Part shown: piece by piece, positions 37,576 to 44,497 of the stretch | How the letters are laid out: every line of letters starts with the position of its first letter | Position numbering within the stretch: the first letter of the stretch is position 1 | Assembly: GCA_964419545.1 (NCBI GenBank) | Contig: CAYQQU010000029.1 | Location: 68-64,067 of the forward strand | Reading direction: 5' to 3' | Source: an uncultured Saprospiraceae bacterium | GTDB lineage: Bacteria > Bacteroidota > Bacteroidia > Chitinophagales > Saprospiraceae | DNA: 64,000 bases | Made by a program: the position numbers and the translations under genes | Notes under the pieces: generated by a model | The model's input: the letters and a program-made list of their open reading frames with translations, nothing else | Databases searched by the model: none | Told to the model about the DNA's origin: nothing

Positions 37576-38994
37576 TCAGAGGGTAGCCAGCTTGGCCAGC
37601 AGCCAGGAGCGGTCTTTGGTCGTCATGGGCTTGGCGACGGCGATCTCGTCCTGCAGCTTCTGCCGCTCTTTTTTATCGAACGGGTTGACGCGCAGCAGCT
37701 TGCGGGTGTACTGGATCAGGTTGGCGAAGTTGTCTTTGTGGTAACCCATCATTTTCTTGCGCTGCAGATAAGTCCGCATGCTGTCGAGAAGCGACTCGAG
37801 GGCGTCGAACTCGGCCTCCTCGTAGTACATTTGGAGGAGGGTGGTTTTGGCGTTGAGGGTCATGAGGATATCGTCGGAGTCGAACTGGGCCAGGAGTTGC
37901 ATCGCCCGGCGATAGTCCTTCTGTTCATAATGCAACTTAGCCAGGCAATAATTGACGGTATCTTCTCGGAACTGGGCATGCAAATAGTCTTGATTATTGA
38001 AAATAAAGGACTGAACCCAAGAAAACTCGCCGAGCTTCAGGCCGGTGGCTACCACATTGCGGAAGGTGAAACGGGAGACGGTTTTGTTTTCAATGAGGAC
38101 CCTTTGTTCGAATCCTTGCCGGTATAAATCAAATGCTTCTCGGATAAACTGTTCGCCACCAGCGTTAAACCTGGCGGCACAGTAATTTATGGCCATGAGA
38201 TAGATATCTCTCAATTCTGAAGGAGTAAAAAGATGGCCGTTTTGGTTAATCTGTTTTTTAAGCGAATAGAAATGGGTCGGGTTCTCTCTATCGGTAAATG
38301 ACCGGTAAATAAAATAATAAACAGCAATTGCGGGAACTGAAAGAAAATCTTCGTTTGTCTCAACGTAACAAAGCACCTCGTCCAGAAGTCCAATCTTGTA
38401 TTCAGCTTTGAATACAGCTTGGTGGGAAAGCATCAGGCAGCTCTGTCTTAGTTTATCTGCAAAATACGTAAGGTCAAGTGCGTCGGACACCTCCTGCAGA
38501 TTCATTTTAATGTTGCGTTTTCTCTCTTCGAAAAAACGGTAGTGCTCGATTTGCAGCAGGTATTCATTGCGCATGAAATTTTCGTCCCGGTAGATCGATT
38601 TTTCCTGAATTTGCTCCACGCTGCGCATCGTCTTCTGAAAAGCCTTTTCCAGTTTCCGTTTCCGGTAGACGCTGGCCAGCCCCATGCGCGAGCGCACCTC
38701 GTCTTCGCGCAGTTCGTGGTAGATCAGAAACTCCTCCACGCACTTCAACAGGAAATGCATGGTCTGCCGTATTTTTCCGTCGTCAAATGGCTCGCCGGGA
38801 AAAATCTTGGCAAAAACCCGTTCTTTTTGCAGAAATTTAGATTCCCGTAAGTGGCGGCCGGTGAATAAGTACTCGAAAAGCGCGATCACGTCCTCGCGCT
38901 GGTTGTGCACCGGCGAGTGCAGCCATTTGCGCAATTCCCGAATCTCCTTCTTGGTCAGGGTAGACAAAATAATGGCCAAATGACTATTTTCCAT
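37576..38994 (-). CDS. Uncharacterised all-alpha/TPR-like cytoplasmic protein, cassette 1 partner
   Basis: I start at the ATG giving MENSHLAIILSTLTKKEIRELRKWLHSP, which aligns with the N-terminus of paralogue 42584-43990. It has no signal peptide or TM segment. I recognise no family. Confidence 0.8.
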   Translation of the reverse strand: MENSHLAIILSTLTKKEIRELRKWLHSPVHNQREDVIALFEYLFTGRHLRESKFLQKERVFAKIFPGEPFDDGKIRQTMHFLLKCVEEFLIYHELREDEVRSRMGLASVYRKRKLEKAFQKTMRSVEQIQEKSIYRDENFMRNEYLLQIEHYRFFEERKRNIKMNLQEVSDALDLTYFADKLRQSCLMLSHQAVFKAEYKIGLLDEVLCYVETNEDFLSVPAIAVYYFIYRSFTDRENPTHFYSLKKQINQNGHLFTPSELRDIYLMAINYCAARFNAGGEQFIREAFDLYRQGFEQRVLIENKTVSRFTFRNVVATGLKLGEFSWVQSFIFNNQDYLHAQFREDTVNYCLAKLHYEQKDYRRAMQLLAQFDSDDILMTLNAKTTLLQMYYEEAEFDALESLLDSMRTYLQRKKMMGYHKDNFANLIQYTRKLLRVNPFDKKERQKLQDEIAVAKPMTTKDRSWLLAKLATL

Positions 38995-39252
38995 ACTGGA
39001 ATAATTAAGTTTTTTCAACAATGAAAACCGAGGCAAGTGATGGCTAAAAAATTGATTATCAAGTTATTTCGTTTTTTCATCAGTGTTTCTGCTATCCAAA
39101 AATACGCGTTTTTTTTCAACAAATGCGATTTATTGTCTTTGAGGAAGCAATGGGATAGCGGCATATTTGTATCGTATTCGAGATTGAAATATGAAAAACG
39201 ACTTGCGTCAATGATCTCATCGAACGCTGCACGACCGGCCCGCAACGCCTTA

Positions 39253-42180
39253 ATGAAGGTTGCTTTGTTTTTGGGGCTGGCGCTTTCGCTGAGTGTCGGC
39301 GCCCACGCACAGGGATGGCAACTGGTTTTCGGGGACGATAAAGAGGATGAAGGATACGCCATCGTCCAAACCGTCGACCACGGTTTCCTGCTCGCCGGAT
39401 GGAGCGAATCCTTCGGCAACCCGTTCGATCAGGACATCGATTTTTACCTGGTTAAAGTAGATGTCGATGGCACACTGGTCTGGCAGGAAGTTTACGACGG
39501 AGGATACGAAAGAGATGATTTCGCCTATGGTGTCGTGGAAACGGAAGACAACGGTTTTCTGGTCGTTGGTGAAGCGGAGAAGGAAGGAGGATCAGACCTC
39601 TACCTCCTCAAAGTGGATCCGAACGGGAATTTTGAATGGGATCATCATTTCGAGGCCGGCCCCGATGTATTAAGGGCGCGCGGCAACGATATCATACCAA
39701 CTTCAGATGGGGGCTATCTCATCACAGGGTTCCGGGAAACTGCCGACGGCGATGAGGATGCGCTGGCCATTAAGATCAACAGCCAGGGCGAAGCGATCTG
39801 GACGAAATACTACGGTAGTCCGACCCTTGATGAGGCAGCCAACGCGGTAACCAGGTTCCAGGACGGCTACGCCATCGTCGGCACCCGGTCGGTCACTCCG
39901 ACGGACGTCGATGTCATCGTACTGAGAATTGACGCCGATGGCAATATGGTCTGGGATGATCTGGTGCAGTGGCAAGGCGTCGTTCCCGGAGAAAACCGAA
40001 CCGACGAAGCCCTGGATGTCATCGAGAGTTCCCAGGGACACATTGTCTGGACCGGTTCTGCTAACTCCGGGCCGGATGCGGTGGTCGCAGCGCACGACGC
40101 AGCGGGCAACCTCCTCTGGGAGCACTTTGTAGACCGCGGGATCGGCGACAGCGGTGTTTTTCTGGAAGAAAAGCTTTCCGGGAATATCTTCGTCGCCGGC
40201 TTCACCGAGGATAGCAACGAGGACATCAACCACCTTTACTTTGAAGTGGCTGCAGACGGGAGTGACACCCTTTGGACCAAAAGTGTCGGAGATCAGTTTT
40301 TCGACAAGCCCAACGATTTCGTCTCAACCATAAGCGGCGGATATATGTCGGTAGGCGTAAGCGGGGTGGCCGGAGTGATCGGTTCGCTTCCTAACCTGAC
40401 CCTAGTCAAGTCCGACGCCCAGGGCAACATCCGCACCAATTATGTCGAAGGCCGCATCTTCCGGGATCTCGATGGAAACTGCGAATTCAACTTCGACGAC
40501 AATCTCGAAGGTTGGCTGGTAAAAGCAGAGAACGCCAACGCTACTTACTTTGGAAGTTCTAACGCCAACGGGCGTTACTACATACTCGCCGATACCGGGG
40601 AATTTCTGGTGACGCTGATGCCGCCGGGCCCCGACATCTGGCAAGCGTGCGAAGGTTTCGATTCGACACTGGTCACTTTTGAAACTTTCTACGATTCGAT
40701 TACGGTGGATTTTCCGGTGGATACCCTCGGCGATCCGTGCCCGTACCTTGAAATTGACGTAACGGCTCCTTTTTTGAATCCTTGTTCGGAGGTCGTCTAT
40801 ACGGTAACCTACTGCAACGTGGGCACCGAAGCGGCGATAGCCGATGAGACGGAGATTACCATCGAGCTGGACGACGAGCTAACCCTGATCGACGCGAGCA
40901 TTCCCTTTACGGATGAAGACACGCTCTATCGTTTCGATCTGGGAGACATCCTGGTTACCGAGTGTGGTCAGTTTACGATCACCACGGAAGCAGCGTGCGG
41001 CGGCATTGTGCAGGGGCAGGCCGGCTGGGTTGAAGCTCAGATCTACCCGCAAGACCTCTGCCAGGAACCCGATACCGCCTGGGATGGTTCGAGTATCATT
41101 GTCAGCGGGGTCTGTGAACCGGACCTGGTTCGCTTCAACATCACGAATGTTGGCGAGCCGATGGATACGCCAAGAACGTTCTTTGTGGTAGAAGATGATT
41201 TCCTCCTGCTGCAGGATACATTCAAACTTCCGGAAGGTGGAATAAAGGCAGATACATTCGCGAAGAACGGAGCCACTTACCGCCTAATCGCCCAACAGTC
41301 GGCATTCCACCCGGGTATGAGCTTCCCTACCTTCGTCATCGAAGGCTGCGCGGAAGACGGCACGGTGGAATACTCAACAGAATACGTGACACAGTTTCCC
41401 GAAAACGATCGGGATGCATACATAGCCATTGACGTACAGGAAATAGTCGGTTCCCTCAATGACCCAATAGAATTGAGAGGCTATCCCAAAGGCTACGGCG
41501 CCCAGAGGCTCGTAGACGACAGTACCGATATCACATACACCATTTTCTTTAGCAATACTGGAACCGACACTATTACCAGGGTAGTAATTCGGGATACCTT
41601 GCCCCCCGAGCTTGACTTGCAATCATTACAGCTCGGAAGCAGCAGTCATCCATACCAACTTCAAATCTATGACGAAGGTATCCTGAAATTTACCTTCTCT
41701 GGTATCCAACTTCTGCCAGGTAGCAGCGCGAGCGATCCGAAAGCTTACGGATTTATCAAGTTCAAATTATCCCAAAAACAGGACATCGTCACCGACGGAG
41801 CCCAAATCACAAATAGCGCTGCTATCTATTTTGAAAACGAAGCACCCCGCATCACGAACACGGTTCGTCACAGGGTTCGCACGCTGGAATTTCCCTGGTC
41901 GGAAATTCCGGTCAGCAGCCAGGAAACTTTTGTGCCGGGGGTTGAAATAAAAATTGCTCCGAATCCGTTTAAAGAACAGGCCACCTTCGAAATTGAGGGT
42001 CTGCCTCGCGGAGAAGTCATGTTCGAACTTATAGACGCCACCGGGCGTTTGGTCAGTACGAAGACCTTCCGAGGCAACAGGTTCGAGTTCCAACGGCGCA
42101 ATCTGCAACCAGGCGTGTATTTCTACCGCCTCACCGCAGAAGGGCAATTGATTAACACTGGAAAGGTATTAGTGCGATAA
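39253..42180 (+). CDS. Large secreted multidomain protein (beta-propeller-like repeats, DUF11-like modules, T9SS sorting domain), cassette 1
   Basis: The ATG at 39253 gives the signal peptide MKVALFLGLALSLSVGAHAQ (alternative ATG at 39211). The track ORF begins at 39037. The D[GN]G[YF]hhhG repeats are present, as are CPYLEIDVTAPFLNPC, NTGTDTITRVVIRDTL and SSHPY. The CTD is IKIAPNPFKEQATFEI...VYFYRL. Confidence 0.85.
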   Translation: MKVALFLGLALSLSVGAHAQGWQLVFGDDKEDEGYAIVQTVDHGFLLAGWSESFGNPFDQDIDFYLVKVDVDGTLVWQEVYDGGYERDDFAYGVVETEDNGFLVVGEAEKEGGSDLYLLKVDPNGNFEWDHHFEAGPDVLRARGNDIIPTSDGGYLITGFRETADGDEDALAIKINSQGEAIWTKYYGSPTLDEAANAVTRFQDGYAIVGTRSVTPTDVDVIVLRIDADGNMVWDDLVQWQGVVPGENRTDEALDVIESSQGHIVWTGSANSGPDAVVAAHDAAGNLLWEHFVDRGIGDSGVFLEEKLSGNIFVAGFTEDSNEDINHLYFEVAADGSDTLWTKSVGDQFFDKPNDFVSTISGGYMSVGVSGVAGVIGSLPNLTLVKSDAQGNIRTNYVEGRIFRDLDGNCEFNFDDNLEGWLVKAENANATYFGSSNANGRYYILADTGEFLVTLMPPGPDIWQACEGFDSTLVTFETFYDSITVDFPVDTLGDPCPYLEIDVTAPFLNPCSEVVYTVTYCNVGTEAAIADETEITIELDDELTLIDASIPFTDEDTLYRFDLGDILVTECGQFTITTEAACGGIVQGQAGWVEAQIYPQDLCQEPDTAWDGSSIIVSGVCEPDLVRFNITNVGEPMDTPRTFFVVEDDFLLLQDTFKLPEGGIKADTFAKNGATYRLIAQQSAFHPGMSFPTFVIEGCAEDGTVEYSTEYVTQFPENDRDAYIAIDVQEIVGSLNDPIELRGYPKGYGAQRLVDDSTDITYTIFFSNTGTDTITRVVIRDTLPPELDLQSLQLGSSSHPYQLQIYDEGILKFTFSGIQLLPGSSASDPKAYGFIKFKLSQKQDIVTDGAQITNSAAIYFENEAPRITNTVRHRVRTLEFPWSEIPVSSQETFVPGVEIKIAPNPFKEQATFEIEGLPRGEVMFELIDATGRLVSTKTFRGNRFEFQRRNLQPGVYFYRLTAEGQLINTGKVLVR

Positions 42181-42201
42181 TCATAATCCCATAAGCCGAT
42201 T

Positions 42202-42227
42202 GGTTCCCCGCTAACGAGCGGGGAACC
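42202..42227 (+). other. Perfect 10-bp stem-loop immediately downstream of the cassette 1 cargo gene
   Basis: ggttccccgc-taacga-gcggggaacc, with no T-run on either strand. Confidence 0.6.
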
Positions 42228-42330
42228 CTCACTTACCAAAAAAGAAAAGAGCTTTAATAATAACTTTGAAACACTAAAGAATTAGGTCGTCTTATTTTTT
42301 CATGAGATTATGATTTGTTATTAGCGAGAG

Positions 42331-42361
42331 GCCGCGTCTAAACGACGCGGCTTTTTTTTTT
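42331..42361 (+). terminator. Rho-independent terminator
   Basis: gccgcgtc-taaac-gacgcggc is followed by a T10 run. It is flanked by a further complementary pair, agcgag / ctcgct. Confidence 0.8.
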
Positions 42362-42373
42362 GCTCGCTGCCAA

Positions 42374-42522
42374 ACCGGATGATTCATGGATTCATCTCTT
42401 GCCGGCCGCCATTCTGCCCCGCTCACTCATCGTATCCGGGGATACCTGCCTGCAGCAGGCGGTCGCCTGCGCGAACGCAAGCCTGACAACCGTTATGACT
42501 AAGAACCCATGAATAATCCGGG
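42374..42522. mobile_element. MITE/REP-like element, full-length (~149 bp) copy between the two cassettes
   Basis: Termini are accggatgattcatgg and ccatgaataatccggg. The interior is colinear with 30766-30919 apart from small indels. Confidence 0.8.
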
Positions 42523-42583
42523 CTTACAATTAAATCTAATCTACGAGCTTTTTTTCAAATTGTTACAATAAAGATATAAAAAT

Positions 42584-43990
42584 TCATAATTTTTTAACCT
42601 GCTCCAACAGCCAGTCTCGCTCAGTCAGTACCGCTTCTGCACTTATTTCCCGCTCCAGTTGTTCCTTTTCCTTGCGATCGAAAGGGTTGGTTTTCAGTAA
42701 CATCCGGGTGAGCCGCACGATGTTGCGGTAGTTGTTGCGATGGTAGCCCAGCTTGCGGTTGCGACGCAGAAAATTTTGCATCGCCGCGAGGTGGGAAGCC
42801 AGGAGCTCGTGTTCTTCGGTTTCGTAATAGATCTTCAACAGCAGCGTTTTGGCGGCCAGGTTGAGCAGCGGATCATCGTAATCGGCTTTTTGCAGAGCCT
42901 GCATCGCCTGCCCGTGCCGCCCCCGGAAGTAAGCCAGCCGCGCCAGACTGAAGCTGTACATGCTTTCCCGGTGAGCCGGCTCCAGGTAAGGGTAGTACTG
43001 ATGGATAAACTGCTCGGTGCGAATGAAATCTTTCTCCTTGAGGCCCATCGCCACGATATTGCGGTAGGCGAAGCGCGACAGTACGCCGTTGGTAAGCAGA
43101 TCTCCCCGCTCCAGAGCGGCCCGGTATAGCTTCAGTCCGGCCGCCGCGTACTGCTCCTGCCCGGCGTTGAGGCTACGAATGCAGTGGTTGATGGCTAGCA
43201 AGAACAAATCTCTCCTTTCTTCCTCCGGAAAAAGAGCGGCATGCGCGAGCAGGGCGCGCTGAAAGTGAGGAAAATGCGTCGCCGCATCCGGATGAGCCAG
43301 CGTCTGATACGCATAATAGTAAACGGCTACGGCCGGTTCCCGATCCAGTCCCTGCTTTTCGACGAGTTGCAGAACGGTCGGCAGCAAGCCCCAATCGTAC
43401 TCCGTGGGGTTGACCGCGCGGTGGGCGAGCAGCAAGCAGCTTTGCCGCAGCTTCTGCAACACGAATCGCAGGTCGAGATGATCCGCCGTAGCTTGCAGAT
43501 GCTGCTCGCCGAAACGCTGTTCGCGGGAAGTGAACTGGTACGCTTCCCAGCCCAGCCGGTACTGTATCTCGAAATACAGGGCTTGCCGGTAGGGCTGCCG
43601 CTCCAGCTGCGCTGCTGCTTTGCGTAGCGTCTGCTGAAAATGCTTGGCCAACCCCAGCTTGCGGTACATCGCCGCCAGCGCCAGCCAGGTGTCGAGCGGC
43701 TCCGCCTGCAGCTGTTCCAGCGCCAGAAAATGCTCGATCTGCTGCAGCAAATAGCTCATCAACTGGCGGATCCGCTGGGCGTCATAAGGTTCTTCCGGAA
43801 AGAGGTAGGCGCTCATTTCCTGCTTGGTCGGCCTCAGCCCGAGCTCGAATAGCCGTTCTTCCAAAAAGTGGTATAAGCGCGTAACCGCAGGCCGGCGGTT
43901 GAAAAAGGGCGAGTCCAGCAAACGGGCCACCGCGCCGCGCTGCCGGGGCGAAAGTACTTCCAGCAGGGTAAGTAGCCGACTGTTTTTCAA
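42584..43990 (-). CDS. Uncharacterised all-alpha/TPR-like cytoplasmic protein, cassette 2 partner
   Basis: 468 aa. It aligns end to end with 37576-38994, sharing KLRQSCL.L.H, L.AIN.C....NAG.EQ, SRF..RN.VA.GLK, AKT.LL..YYE and NPFD.KE. Confidence 0.85.
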   Translation of the reverse strand: MKNSRLLTLLEVLSPRQRGAVARLLDSPFFNRRPAVTRLYHFLEERLFELGLRPTKQEMSAYLFPEEPYDAQRIRQLMSYLLQQIEHFLALEQLQAEPLDTWLALAAMYRKLGLAKHFQQTLRKAAAQLERQPYRQALYFEIQYRLGWEAYQFTSREQRFGEQHLQATADHLDLRFVLQKLRQSCLLLAHRAVNPTEYDWGLLPTVLQLVEKQGLDREPAVAVYYYAYQTLAHPDAATHFPHFQRALLAHAALFPEEERRDLFLLAINHCIRSLNAGQEQYAAAGLKLYRAALERGDLLTNGVLSRFAYRNIVAMGLKEKDFIRTEQFIHQYYPYLEPAHRESMYSFSLARLAYFRGRHGQAMQALQKADYDDPLLNLAAKTLLLKIYYETEEHELLASHLAAMQNFLRRNRKLGYHRNNYRNIVRLTRMLLKTNPFDRKEKEQLEREISAEAVLTERDWLLEQVKKL

Positions 43991-44056
43991 TTTGCAAAAT
44001 AATTAATTCGTTTTATAAATGGGCTGTTTTAAAACATGGATAAGGTACGGTTTTTT

Positions 44057-44414
44057 AGTCTTTGGTTTCAAGGAGGCAGCCAAAGACCAAAGACTAAAGA
44101 CCAACTGCTAAAGACTAAAAGGCTGAGGTTGAGGCGCCAAAGACCAAAGACTAAAGACCAAAGACCAACTGCTAAAGACTAAAGACCAACTGCTAAAGAC
44201 TAAAAGGCTGAGGTTGAGGTTGAGGCGCCAAAGCCCAAAGACTAAAGACCAAAGACTAAAGACCAAAGACCAACTGCTAAAGACTAAAAGGCTGAGGTTG
44301 AGGTTGAGGCGCCAAAGACCAAAGCCCTCCAGCATCAACGAACCCATCACTCACCGATGTTTTGCCCTCCGCACCGTCGAGCGACCAAAGACTAATGACC
44401 AAAAACCAAAAATC
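44057..44414. repeat. Hierarchical microsatellite array: heptamers AAAGACC/AAAGACT plus hexamers TGAGGT, organised in 3-4 higher-order blocks
   Basis: Blocks lie at about 44080-44136 (57 bp), 44137-44227 (91 bp) and 44228-44311 (84 bp), with a truncated fourth. They differ only in the copy number of the heptamer and hexamer units. An inverted copy (agtctttggt) is at 44057, and isolated heptamers are at 44384-44414. Confidence 0.9.
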
Positions 44415-44497
44415 ATTCCTTATAAACCACTTTTTTTGTCTTTGCTTTCCGCTCCTTTCTCCCCAATATTTGTACCGTAAGTAAACCACAAAGAGCA

